Source of the DNA: an uncultured Verrucomicrobiales bacterium
GTDB lineage: Bacteria > Verrucomicrobiota > Verrucomicrobiia > Verrucomicrobiales > DEV007
DNA: 55,605 nucleotides
Assembly: GCA_938091905.1 (NCBI GenBank)
Contig: CALKOM010000073.1
Location: forward strand, 1-55,605
Direction: 5' to 3'
The stretch's first letter is position 1. Each line of letters starts with the position of its first letter. The translations under genes and the position numbers were made by a program. The notes beneath the pieces are model-generated. The model had not been told where the DNA came from and searched no databases. It saw only the letters and a program-made list of their open reading frames with translations. This document shows positions 9,261-19,290 of the stretch, piece by piece.

Positions 9261-12200
9261 CTAAACATCGCGCATGCTAATCCGTTTCGCAGTCGTTGCG
9301 ACCTCACGCTTGAGGCGTTCGATCTCTTGGTTCTTCTGACCGATGATTTTCTCGATAGAAGAACGATAGCTGTCGAGCCGCTCCTTCCACCCAAGCAGCT
9401 CTGCCATGAACTCAGGACGCCCATCAGCGTTTCCAGCCTCTGAGATCTCTAGTTTCTTTGTAAGCGTATCGATCTGCTGATCTTTTGATCGGATCACAAC
9501 TTGGACACGAGCCAAGTCTTCGCGAATTTTTGCCAATTTGTCATCACGTTCGACTCCTCCCCGAAGGGAGCGGGGGCCATTCTCGCTTGAGTCCGCCTTG
9601 ATCCGATTCTCCATCTGGCGCTTCTCATACTCTAACCAAGTAACTCGTCTTTGCAGTTCCTCTGTTTGGACCGTGGCGGCGTCGAGTTCTGCACGCAGAT
9701 TCAGGGAACGGCGATCCTCGTCTAAAGACTCATCGGCACGCTCTTGTCGAGCAGCCTGTAGTCGCGACTTGTAGTCTAAAGCCTTTACTTCCCAATCCTT
9801 GGCGTCCTCCTCCCAAGTCTGAGCAGCCTGCTCAGACTTGGCCAACTTGTGCTGCACCGCCACCAAGCTCGTCTGGGCAGCCTGCCGTTTTTCTAGATCT
9901 GCTTGAAGTCGTGTTTGGGCCTCTTTAGAGTCGGCCGTCTCGGAACGCAATTTACTCAACTCCTCTCGCAAGCTAGCAAGATCCTGCTCGCGACTCTTCA
10001 GCTCAGCTTTCAAGTTTGCCTCGCGCCCGTCGATAGAATCCCCTTGCTGCGAAAGCTCGTCACGCAACTTGTCGAGCTCGTCGCGTAGCTCGTTCAGCTG
10101 ATGGTCGCGCTGCTTGATATCCCGATCACGTTCCTTCAGAGACGACGACAGCTGCGTCTCACGTTGGTGGGCAATCTCATCCTGACGCGCAATCTCAGCT
10201 CGTTCTTTCTCAAGAAGAGCCGTCGCTTCTTCCAACTTCTGCTCCCTACCAGCCAGACGTTCTTCCAACGAGACGACTCCATTCTGGAGCTTCAACACGG
10301 CCGCACTCTCTGAATCTTTGCGAATCTTACGGTGATCGGCTTCCTGTTGAGTTAGCTTTGCCGTTGCCACTCGTAAATCGGCCTGGAGTGATTCGAACTC
10401 GCCGCGCAAGTTCTTCACTTCATCCTCGCGTAGCTTGAGCGCTCGTTCACGGTCTTTCAGTGCCGACTCTAGGTTTGTCGCCAACTGATGTGCAGCCTCC
10501 TCTTCCCGGGTAGCCTGACTGCGCTCCTTTTCTAACAGAGCCTTTAGCTCGTCGGAACGGCGCTCTTTCTCGGCCAGTTGTTCTTCAAGGCTAGCACGTT
10601 CGCTTTCAGCCTGTCGCGCTTCCGTCACAGCCCGCGTTACTGCCTCTTGTCGGCCATCAAGATTGGTCTGAAGCACTCCTAGTTCTCGGGTTCTCTCCTC
10701 TAGCTGCCGATGAGCATTGCGAAGCTCTTGCTTTGTCTGTGTGGCCTGATCCTGACTCTTTCGCACCTCGAGATCACGCGTTTCCAATGCAACCTTCAAG
10801 CGCTTTTGCTCATTAGTCGCTTTGGTCAAATCTAGCTTGAGAGGCTGCAAGCTATCAGCTCGATTTGAAAGCTCCTGATTCTGTGATTGCAGCTCCTTAA
10901 TCTGGGCTTCACGCGACGCGAACTCCTGCTTTGAAGTTTCTAACAGTGAATTTAATTCCTCAATTTGCGCCTCTGCAGCCTTCGCTTCTCTGAGCTCTTC
11001 CTCCTGATGAGAAAGGCGCTCTTTCCGATTCGTCAGTTCTCCGGAAACTTCCGCAAGCGTGCTCCGCATGTCTTCGAGCTGAGCTTGTAGCTGCTCTTTG
11101 GACTGCTGCGCGTCCTCTACTGCCTGAGTCAAGGATGCCTCCCGTGTCTCATGAGTCTTCCTACACTCCACCAATTCAACCTCCAGTTCGCTGCTTCGCG
11201 CTTCCCCCTCATTGAGCAAACTAGAGAATCCAGCGAGCTCGTTTTGCAGCGTATCCACCTGCTGTTCGCGATCAGAAAGCAAACTCTCACGTTGATTCAA
11301 TCGCTGCTCCAGTCCAGCGATGGTTTCGATCATCGCCTTCTCTGTCACTTGCACCCGGTCTCGCTCTTCGATGGCTTCATTCAGTTGCATCTCAAGAGTC
11401 GAGACACTCTCAGCATGCGCTTTCGCCTCCTCAAGCTCAGCCAATAGTGACGACACGCGCTCCTTCTCAACTGCAAGTGTTTCACTCCAATTCACCTCGG
11501 AGTCCCTAGTCTGCTTGAGATCACTTTCGAGATCAACAACACGCTCTTCCAAGGTCTTCAGGCGCTGCTCACGTTCAGAAACGTCTTCTTCGGCCTGAGC
11601 CAGAGACTCCTGAACCCTATCTCGCTCCGAGATCAACGACTCTAACTTGGTATCCGCAGCGGTAACAGCCGCATGCGCCTCTGTCAGGCGCTGCTTGCCT
11701 AATTCCGCCTCTCCCTGTAGTTCCGCTAGAGAATCGCGAGTCTTCTTATGGGCTTGTTCCTGCTCAACCTTGGCTTCGCGCACATCGATCAAGCGCTGGT
11801 CCGCAGCTGCCACCTCTGCCTCAGCCTTTTCGGCTTTCTGGCCAGCCACTTCAAGTTCAGACGTCAATTCCTGAATCTTCTCTTCACGAGTTTCCAGTTC
11901 TTTAGCAATTGCCTCGTTGTGCTCCTCTCCTCCCTTGAGAGCCTCTTCTGCTCGCTGTTTCGACTCTACAAGTTCACGCTCTCTTGTCTCGAGATCTGCG
12001 ATACGAGCATTCGCGGTCTTCAGCGCTTTACATGACTCAAGAATCTTCTCCTGAGCTAGAGTGGTCGTCGACTTCAGGTCAGCAAAAGCTACCTCCGTCA
12101 CTTCATGGGCAGTCTTAGCAGCAACTAAGGACGCTTCAAGCGCGACAGCCTTCTCCTGCCACGCCCCCTGCTCCTTCGTCGCTTCTTCGATAGCCGCATC

Positions 12201-14768
12201 CAATGAGGCGATCTTCTCAGCCTTCTCATCTAGCTCTTTCGCATTCTTGGCGAAAACTTCTTCTTTCACCTTCAACTCGGCGCGAAGACTCTCCAATTCA
12301 CCACCTTTGGATTTTAGCGCCTCGTCGACTTTCTCAAGGGAAGACACTTGAGACGTGAGCTCCGCAACCTCTTCCTCGCGCTTGGAAAGCTCCTCCTTGG
12401 TTAACTCAAGGAGTCCGTTCAGTTCACTCAGCTCGCTATCCTTCTCGGAAAGTTTTGCACGCTGCTCCTCCACAGCCCCCTCCAACGAAGTGACCTTATC
12501 TGACTGCCCCTCCAACTCTCTCCCCTTATCCGCTAGCTGAGTTTCTCTGCTCTGATTAGATTCTTCGAGCGTGGCAACTTCGCTTTCTTTTGCCTTCAAC
12601 ACTTCCTTCAGCTTGGCAAGTTGGTTGTCCCGCGAAGACAATTCATTGTCTTGCCTCGCCTTCGCAGCCTCAAGCGTTTCAGCATGCGACTCGCGCAATC
12701 CTACCAAACTTTCTTCAGCTTCGGAAAGGGCGACTTCTTTGGCCTCCAACTCCTGTTGGCGCCGATCAATCTCTTTGACGGCCTTCTGACGTTCACGTCT
12801 CGCCTCTGCCAAGAGATCACGAAGCGACATGATATCATTGTCCCTCTCAGCCACCAAATCTCCTTGCTGAGAAGCCTCAGTTTCGAGCGTCTCCAGCTTC
12901 ACACGAACACTCGCAAGTTCCTCCGATATGTTAGCCTTCTGCTCCGTAGCTTCGGTCAGCCTTAGAGTTGACTCTTCGATGTCACACTCGGCTTTCAGCA
13001 GCGCAACGCGTTGACTTTCGTTGTCACGAGAAGCGTCCTCTCGCTCCTGGTGTTCCTTTGCCAAGACATCTCGTAACTCTGTGATCACAGACTGCTGACT
13101 TGCGAGAGACTTGGCGTTTTGCTCCGCGTCTTCGCGAGCAGCATCGCGCTCAATCTTAACAGCCTCGATATGCTTCTGAAAATTATCCTTCTCTACCTTT
13201 AGCGCCTCTACACTTTCCTGAAGAGCAATGAAGGCAACCTCACGCTCTTCCAGCGTTTGCGTGGTGGACCCATAGGCATCGATCAGCCCTTGATGTTCCT
13301 TTTGGGTTTTCGCCAGAGCATCTCTGATATCAGCAATGACAGTCTCGCGTTGTCCGGCATCACGATCAGCGTCCGTGCGCGATTTCGTAAGAGACTCGAT
13401 CTCAGCCCGAGCATCCTTTAGATCTGACGTGAGTATCTTGGCCTCGCCGTCGCGAGCATCGAGTTGTTCGCGCAGGGTGGTTTCTTCGAATGCCAAGGCA
13501 ACTGCCTTGGCCGCTGCCGCCTTGAGTTGATCCTTTAAGGAAGTCGCAGATGACTCCAGCTCATCAGCGCGTTCCGCCTCTTCCTTTAATCGCGTCTCGA
13601 GAAGGGCAACCTGTTGCACCGTAGCCTCCTGGGCCTGCGCAATCGATTTCAGATCGGCTTCAAGAACACCACTACGACCGGCCTGATCTTTCGATTCTGC
13701 TTTGCGCTTCTTGAGTTCCTCGCGCAGTTGCTTCATTTGGGGCTCCGCCTTCTCTCTGACAGCTTGAGCCTCTTTGAGCTCTTTCTGGAGACGTTCAAGT
13801 TCCCCGCCCCGCCCTTTCACTTGCGCTAGTTCGGTAACAACCTCAGATCGATATTCCTGGGCCGTGCGCAGCTCACGGCGCAGGCTTTGTACCAGGTCAT
13901 CACGATCTTTGGTCACTCGTAGTGTCTGGACCAGACGCTGTTTACGCGCGGAAAGCCGAGACTCTTGTGAGGACAGTCGCGACTCGAAGCCGCTGAGCTT
14001 TTCAGCGAGGGCTTGGCGTTCGAGCTTACCCGCACGCTGCGCTTCACCAGCGATCACCAACGCCTCTTGAAGTTCATTGATTTGCGCTACCGCGTCGTCT
14101 TGACTCGATTTCTGTGCTTCCGTCAGTGCCTCTATTCTCGCTTCATTTTCGCTAAGCTGATCTTTGAGCTCTGATTTCTGGGTCTCAAACTCTGAAGCCT
14201 GCTTGGCTAGAGCATCATGTTTGGATTGCCATTCTACAGCGATGTCTCGTTCTTGCTGCCATTCCGCTTTAACCTCCTGAAGTCGCTTGCGCTGGCGATC
14301 AGACTCCTCGCTATCGCGGGATGATAACGTGTCTAGCTTCTCATCGTAAGACCCAATCTCCGTCTCCAATGTCTCGATGCGATCTACAAGCCCCGCGATG
14401 TCTCGGTCGCGCTGCTCAAGGAGACCAGCCTTCAAAGCCAGTGCTGTTTCCAACTGCTGAGCCTTGTTAGACAACCCCGAACGCTCCCGCTCAGCCTCTT
14501 CCTGCCAGGCCAGAAACTGCTGTTGGATCTCCAATTTCTGATCGGTGAGTTGAAGGATCTCCAGGTCCCGCCGATAGAGATCGATCTCATGGGCATTTTG
14601 ATCAAGAACCGTGCCGGAAGATGACCGGGAGGCGAACCCAGAAATACGAGCGAGCGGAATCGGATTCGCCTCCGTAGGCTGCTCGATAGACGAGGAGTCA
14701 TCGCCAGGCTCTAAGCTTCCGGCTCTCCAAACATCTGCGCGACGGGACCAACGATCTTGAGAAGACAT
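9261..14768 (-). CDS. Giant coiled-coil protein (1835 aa), function unknown
   Basis: Uninterrupted 5.5-kb ORF rich in E/K/Q/L/A/R with heptad character. No Walker A, TM segment or signal peptide seen. Confidence 0.88.
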   Translation of the reverse strand: MSSQDRWSRRADVWRAGSLEPGDDSSSIEQPTEANPIPLARISGFASRSSSGTVLDQNAHEIDLYRRDLEILQLTDQKLEIQQQFLAWQEEAERERSGLSNKAQQLETALALKAGLLEQRDRDIAGLVDRIETLETEIGSYDEKLDTLSSRDSEESDRQRKRLQEVKAEWQQERDIAVEWQSKHDALAKQASEFETQKSELKDQLSENEARIEALTEAQKSSQDDAVAQINELQEALVIAGEAQRAGKLERQALAEKLSGFESRLSSQESRLSARKQRLVQTLRVTKDRDDLVQSLRRELRTAQEYRSEVVTELAQVKGRGGELERLQKELKEAQAVREKAEPQMKQLREELKKRKAESKDQAGRSGVLEADLKSIAQAQEATVQQVALLETRLKEEAERADELESSATSLKDQLKAAAAKAVALAFEETTLREQLDARDGEAKILTSDLKDARAEIESLTKSRTDADRDAGQRETVIADIRDALAKTQKEHQGLIDAYGSTTQTLEEREVAFIALQESVEALKVEKDNFQKHIEAVKIERDAAREDAEQNAKSLASQQSVITELRDVLAKEHQEREDASRDNESQRVALLKAECDIEESTLRLTEATEQKANISEELASVRVKLETLETEASQQGDLVAERDNDIMSLRDLLAEARRERQKAVKEIDRRQQELEAKEVALSEAEESLVGLRESHAETLEAAKARQDNELSSRDNQLAKLKEVLKAKESEVATLEESNQSRETQLADKGRELEGQSDKVTSLEGAVEEQRAKLSEKDSELSELNGLLELTKEELSKREEEVAELTSQVSSLEKVDEALKSKGGELESLRAELKVKEEVFAKNAKELDEKAEKIASLDAAIEEATKEQGAWQEKAVALEASLVAAKTAHEVTEVAFADLKSTTTLAQEKILESCKALKTANARIADLETRERELVESKQRAEEALKGGEEHNEAIAKELETREEKIQELTSELEVAGQKAEKAEAEVAAADQRLIDVREAKVEQEQAHKKTRDSLAELQGEAELGKQRLTEAHAAVTAADTKLESLISERDRVQESLAQAEEDVSEREQRLKTLEERVVDLESDLKQTRDSEVNWSETLAVEKERVSSLLAELEEAKAHAESVSTLEMQLNEAIEERDRVQVTEKAMIETIAGLEQRLNQRESLLSDREQQVDTLQNELAGFSSLLNEGEARSSELEVELVECRKTHETREASLTQAVEDAQQSKEQLQAQLEDMRSTLAEVSGELTNRKERLSHQEEELREAKAAEAQIEELNSLLETSKQEFASREAQIKELQSQNQELSNRADSLQPLKLDLTKATNEQKRLKVALETRDLEVRKSQDQATQTKQELRNAHRQLEERTRELGVLQTNLDGRQEAVTRAVTEARQAESERASLEEQLAEKERRSDELKALLEKERSQATREEEAAHQLATNLESALKDRERALKLREDEVKNLRGEFESLQADLRVATAKLTQQEADHRKIRKDSESAAVLKLQNGVVSLEERLAGREQKLEEATALLEKERAEIARQDEIAHQRETQLSSSLKERDRDIKQRDHQLNELRDELDKLRDELSQQGDSIDGREANLKAELKSREQDLASLREELSKLRSETADSKEAQTRLQADLEKRQAAQTSLVAVQHKLAKSEQAAQTWEEDAKDWEVKALDYKSRLQAARQERADESLDEDRRSLNLRAELDAATVQTEELQRRVTWLEYEKRQMENRIKADSSENGPRSLRGGVERDDKLAKIREDLARVQVVIRSKDQQIDTLTKKLEISEAGNADGRPEFMAELLGWKERLDSYRSSIEKIIGQKNQEIERLKREVATTAKRISMRDV

Positions 14769-15038
14769 GATAATCTAGGGGTGACCAATGCATTCTAAGC
14801 GACTGGCTTAGCAAAATCTTTAGTATATATTAATAAATTCCGCGATAATTTTTTGAGGATCTTTTATAAAAATCGTGATTACCGGAAATAAATCATCTCA
14901 ATCAACGGATCGGTATCAGGTTTTACCAGATTTGCTAAAACTCCCAGGCCATTTCGTAGGCGACGAGCCTCCCAACTCGTGGGATGATTCCGCGTTATCA
15001 GACGTCTTCGAACCATCTTAGAACAATTCGGTCTGGCT

Positions 15039-17318
15039 TTGCTCCTGATCTTGGCAGCGGCGGTAGTCTTCTTTGCCAGCCAGATTCCAAAGATCGACAT
15101 CAACGCAAATACTGATGCCTTTCTTGAAGAAGAGAGCGCAAGTGTTGCCACCTACTATGAGACACGCGGAGACTGGGGTACCGACGAGTTTGCTGTGTTC
15201 TGCGTCACGGCCGACAATTGGTTCACGAAAGATGGAATTGCCATCCTCAAAGAGATCGAATCAGATTTGGCCAAGGTACCCTATGTCGGCCGGACGATGT
15301 CGATCTTGGACGTCCCGCTTCTTCGCCAGCAACCCGAGAAAAAGCCCTCGCTGCTAGGTGTATTGAGTCTTACCAAGCAGCTAGGTGGGGCCAGCACGGA
15401 TCTTGAAATGGCGGAGAAAGAACATGCTGACCACCTCATCACCGTCGGCAATTTGATTTCTGCTGATGGACGGAGTGTGAATATGCTCGCGTTCCTGGAC
15501 TGGTCTCAAATGGAGGGGAAACCTAAATCTGAGATCAATGACAGGCGCATGGCCTTGGTCAAAGGCTCACGGGCATTGGCTGAAAAATGGAACGCACGCT
15601 TGGACGAACCTGTACGCTTGTCAGGGATTCCAATTATCCAGATCACCATGTTTGAGAACATGAAACATGACATCATGATCTTTGGAGTCGCCTCGCTCTT
15701 GCTTTTCACTTTGGCCTTCTACCTCGTGTATCGACGAGTTCGCTTCGTGCTCATTCCGATCATCTGCTGCCTCCTCCCTCCAGTGCTTATGTTAGGCTTG
15801 ATGGCCTTCTTCGGAGTGTCCATAGGTTTTGTCACGTCGAACATGCCCGTCTTGCTCTTTGTCTTAGTCTTGCCCTACACAGTCTACTTTATTGAGCGAT
15901 ATCGAGAGCGTCGCCTGGAATGCCCAGATGAAGATGGGTTGGGTAGCACTTTAGAAGCATTGCGCGTCATCATCGTACCTTGCACCTTCTCAGCGATGAC
16001 GACGATGGCTGGATTCATCGCTCTTGGGTCCAGCAAGATCATTCCCATCCGTGACTTTGGCAGGACCATGACCGTGGGCATGGCCTTAGGCTTTGTTGTG
16101 GTCTTTCTCTTCATTGCCGTAGTCTCCAGAAACCTAAAAGGACTGCAATTCACCCGCCGCCCAGGCTCGACGAAAGAGAAGAAAGCTTCTCGCGGGCTTG
16201 TACGCATGTTAGAACAACTCTCACTGAAGCGTCCTGCCACGGTCGTCCTTTTTAGTATGATCGTGCTCAGTGGAGCGGTGATCGGCGTGCTAAAACTGAG
16301 TGCCGAGAGCAAGTTCACAAGCTACTTCTGGCCGAGCAGCCAGGTCTATCAAGGTCTAGAGTTCATCGATCAGCGAATGGGGGGAACGACCTGGATCGAG
16401 ATCATCCTTTCGTCCAAGGAAGAGGGGTATTTCAGAACTCAAGCAGGGTTGGAGGCCTTGGATACGGCTGAGGCCTATTTTGAGAATGTGCCAGAGACTG
16501 GGAACATGCTCTCCCTCGTGACCTTGCGAGATCAGATACGCAAGACATTCAAAGAGGAATGGTTTCCTGCCATGACAGATTCTGCGCTCCTTCAATCGAT
16601 CAATCTATTCGCCTCCGAGCTAGTACAACAAACAACGAGTAAGGATTTCCGAACCAGCCGCCTCACCGTGCGGATGATGGAGACTGCACCCTCACTTAAT
16701 CGCCAAGCGATTCTTACTGGGTTGAACGAGCATCTGGCCAAGAACAGCGAGACGTTCAAAGACGTCAATGTGCAAGTCACAGGAGTGTTTCCCGTCTACG
16801 CCGAGATGCTAGATCAGCTTATAGGCGGGCAGCGCCAGTCAGTAGTCGTCGTCGCTACCGCGGTTTATTTGATGCTCCTCCTTCTCTTTCGATCGCCGAT
16901 CCTTGCACTGCTCGTATTGATCCCCCAGGCACTTCCTGTAACGATTGTCCTTGGAGTCATTGGATTCTCGGGGATTCCGCTCGATTTAGTCACGGTCATG
17001 ATCGGCTCGATCGCCATCGGAGTGGGGATTGATGCGGCGATTCAGTACACTATTCGCTATCGGAGTGAACTGCAGGTTTCAGGAGACCATCGATTGGCGC
17101 TTCACCAAGCTCACGCGACGATAGGGCGTGCCATTTGGATCGCCACTTCCATCATTATTTCAGGTTTCGCCATCCTTCTACTATCACGGTTTTTCCCGTC
17201 CGTTTGGTTCGGTCTCTTCACTTCAATGGCCATGCTTATAAGCCAGCTTGCCACGCTGACAGTCCTGCCAAGTCTGTTTCTTTTAACCGGCTACCCGAAA
17301 GTCTCTAAGAAGTCTTAG
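15039..17318 (+). CDS. MMPL/RND-family transporter
   Basis: Two halves, each with a periplasmic loop and TM bundle. GGTTWIE and IAIGVGIDAAIQY motifs. Start uncertain: TTG, with an in-frame TGA at 14985. Confidence 0.88.
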   Translation: MLLILAAAVVFFASQIPKIDINANTDAFLEEESASVATYYETRGDWGTDEFAVFCVTADNWFTKDGIAILKEIESDLAKVPYVGRTMSILDVPLLRQQPEKKPSLLGVLSLTKQLGGASTDLEMAEKEHADHLITVGNLISADGRSVNMLAFLDWSQMEGKPKSEINDRRMALVKGSRALAEKWNARLDEPVRLSGIPIIQITMFENMKHDIMIFGVASLLLFTLAFYLVYRRVRFVLIPIICCLLPPVLMLGLMAFFGVSIGFVTSNMPVLLFVLVLPYTVYFIERYRERRLECPDEDGLGSTLEALRVIIVPCTFSAMTTMAGFIALGSSKIIPIRDFGRTMTVGMALGFVVVFLFIAVVSRNLKGLQFTRRPGSTKEKKASRGLVRMLEQLSLKRPATVVLFSMIVLSGAVIGVLKLSAESKFTSYFWPSSQVYQGLEFIDQRMGGTTWIEIILSSKEEGYFRTQAGLEALDTAEAYFENVPETGNMLSLVTLRDQIRKTFKEEWFPAMTDSALLQSINLFASELVQQTTSKDFRTSRLTVRMMETAPSLNRQAILTGLNEHLAKNSETFKDVNVQVTGVFPVYAEMLDQLIGGQRQSVVVVATAVYLMLLLLFRSPILALLVLIPQALPVTIVLGVIGFSGIPLDLVTVMIGSIAIGVGIDAAIQYTIRYRSELQVSGDHRLALHQAHATIGRAIWIATSIIISGFAILLLSRFFPSVWFGLFTSMAMLISQLATLTVLPSLFLLTGYPKVSKKS

Positions 17319-18945
17319 GCCAAGCCAACTCGACACCTGCGCGCTGGAGGTGAGATTGGAAGTCTGCCAGGAGTCTGGGAGTTGATCGGACGCCCCGAGG
17401 CGACGTTCGATGAGCCATGGCGAACGCCAGCAGGTGCCCAGCGGCCTCTCCAATCCCCCACTCTACTGGATGAAGCCGGTAGCAGCCGTTGGTGACATGA
17501 GTACTACCTATGTTCTTGCACACAGGGATCACATTCTCCATTCGCTGCGGCAACAATGCACCTAACGGAATCTGAAACGGCTCCACCGGAAAGTCAATGT
17601 AGTTGTCTCCGGTCGTCGTTGGATGGAGGTCGATCGGGTAGGATCCAACTCCCACGCTATCCGCGTAGGCCTTTCCACAATCCTGCTCAAGAATAGTGGT
17701 CTCCGCCTTGATTCGCCGCGCCTCGCGCACATACGGCCCCTTCGCCAAACCATCTGCCGTGCCCATGATATCTGGTCGCAAGCCCAACCCTGGATAGCCT
17801 TGCCCACCGTCCATACGGGGCGCTTCTGTCTGCATCCAATAGAGCAGTGATAGACTCAATTGCTTAGCTCCATCGATCGCGCGCTGCTTGGCTTCAGGTG
17901 TCACGTCGACCAGCGAGCTCAGCATGTAGTCATTCTGGGGCCAGTTGACGAGACTGATGTCACTGCCATAGGCCCCGGGCTCGAAGTTACCTGCAGCCAC
18001 AATTCGCCGATACCTCCACAGGTTGACAACTCCGTCGTGCCTAGCTCCACTCGGGTTGAATCCCAGCTTCTTCCTTTGCAGCGTACGAGGATGAGTATAG
18101 TGCCAGTCTAAAAGCTTACCAGACCAGGCCGGGTCGAGCCTGGGCTCATGGTCCCGCCAGAACTCATATTCTTTCGGTCTATCAATGACACGAGACTCAC
18201 CTGGCGAGTAATCCATGGCGAAACAATGCGTGAAAGCCTGCTCATTTTTAGGATTGCGCTCGATCGGAGCATGGGGTTCGCCAGTGGCGTCACGCCCCTC
18301 TGCCCCTGTGATATACTCAGTCTTCGTCAACGGCAAGAGATCCCCAAGTTCAGTTCCATCAACGAAGTAAGGAGCTGAAAGGGTCTGTTCAGTTCCATCC
18401 TCGTTTCGACGGACGGTAATGCTTCGCGTTCGATCTCCGTCGACATCGGCTTTTACAGGGACACACTTTATCAATAACCTCAACTTTGCCCCGCTAAGAT
18501 AAGGCGCGAAACACTCTTTCAGAACGGCGAGGGCCACGCGAGGCTCATGACACAACTTCGAGACGCTGCCCGCCCCTGGGTTTAAAAAAACGGTTTGGCG
18601 AGCTTCCTTCGTAAGAGGATAGTGCTTCCGATAGTAATCTCTTATACCTGAGCGCAATGATCGATAGGATTTGGGTGCGCCGTGAGTCTCAATCCATGCG
18701 TGTTCATCTGGAGGCACCGCTTGAGATGTCAATTGACCGCCTATCCAATCGGTTTCTTCCGTAAGAATGACGCTCAGTCCCTGCTTCAAGGCAGCGAGCG
18801 CAGCGGCACACCCTCCAAGACTGGCACCAACAATGACAACATCTGCAGAAAAATCATGTTCCTTACCTCGTAGAGGCATGGCTAGGCTCGCTAGAGCACC
18901 CGCTCCAACTTGTTGAGCAAAAGCACGACGCTTAATGAGATTCAT
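17305..18945 (-). CDS. FAD-dependent oxidoreductase (FAD_oxidored family), Tat-exported
   Basis: KRRAF twin-arginine signal, GASLGG dinucleotide-binding motif, WIGGQLTSQAV, YVREARRI and YRLHPVEW. Confidence 0.88.
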   Translation of the reverse strand: MNLIKRRAFAQQVGAGALASLAMPLRGKEHDFSADVVIVGASLGGCAAALAALKQGLSVILTEETDWIGGQLTSQAVPPDEHAWIETHGAPKSYRSLRSGIRDYYRKHYPLTKEARQTVFLNPGAGSVSKLCHEPRVALAVLKECFAPYLSGAKLRLLIKCVPVKADVDGDRTRSITVRRNEDGTEQTLSAPYFVDGTELGDLLPLTKTEYITGAEGRDATGEPHAPIERNPKNEQAFTHCFAMDYSPGESRVIDRPKEYEFWRDHEPRLDPAWSGKLLDWHYTHPRTLQRKKLGFNPSGARHDGVVNLWRYRRIVAAGNFEPGAYGSDISLVNWPQNDYMLSSLVDVTPEAKQRAIDGAKQLSLSLLYWMQTEAPRMDGGQGYPGLGLRPDIMGTADGLAKGPYVREARRIKAETTILEQDCGKAYADSVGVGSYPIDLHPTTTGDNYIDFPVEPFQIPLGALLPQRMENVIPVCKNIGSTHVTNGCYRLHPVEWGIGEAAGHLLAFAMAHRTSPRGVRSTPRLLADFQSHLQRAGVELAWPKTS

Positions 18946-18948
18946 TGT

Positions 18949-19290
18949 CTATGACCTTTCAGAATTGAAATCTAGGTAACGATGCCGCGCCTCAACAATG
19001 GCGTCTAACATCCGTTCCGCCTGCTTACGCAGCTCAGGATTGAGGCTACTAGCTGCACGATTGTGACGACGATAGAGTTTAGATAGTTGGGCGCGCACCT
19101 CCTCGTGAGTCATCCCATCCATCAATTCACAGAGTTCTTCCGCAGTTGCGGACTCCGGTAATGACGGCAACGGCTCCATGGGAATCTCAAACGGGGCGTT
19201 AATCTCAGCCTTCGCCTCTACCTGGAGAACGACGTCGGCGTTGCTGGATACCTTTCGCTTAAAGAGAAGCTTAAAGAGTCTTGCGAACAT
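18949..19290 (-). CDS. Small J-domain-like protein lacking the HPD motif
   Basis: C-terminal ~60 aa align by eye to J-domain helices (GMTHEEVRAQLSKLYRR-HNR-AASSLNPELRKQAERMLDAIVEARHRY). The ATG overlaps the Hsp70 stop (TAATG). Confidence 0.65.
   Translation of the reverse strand: MFARLFKLLFKRKVSSNADVVLQVEAKAEINAPFEIPMEPLPSLPESATAEELCELMDGMTHEEVRAQLSKLYRRHNRAASSLNPELRKQAERMLDAIVEARHRYLDFNSERS

Noticed and set aside
9538..14070. Numerous plus-strand ORFs inside the coiled-coil gene, and similar antisense ORFs elsewhere
   Set aside because: Ser/Leu/Phe-rich shadow frames of biased coding sequence with no motifs.
9261..14768. SMC or phage tape-measure annotation for the giant ORF
   Set aside because: No Walker A/B or hinge motifs, and no phage structural genes nearby.
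14984..15039. Possible frameshift at the 5' end of the MMPL gene (out-of-frame ATG at 14984)
   Set aside because: The TTG start still yields a first TM helix, and this cannot be decided without homolog alignment.
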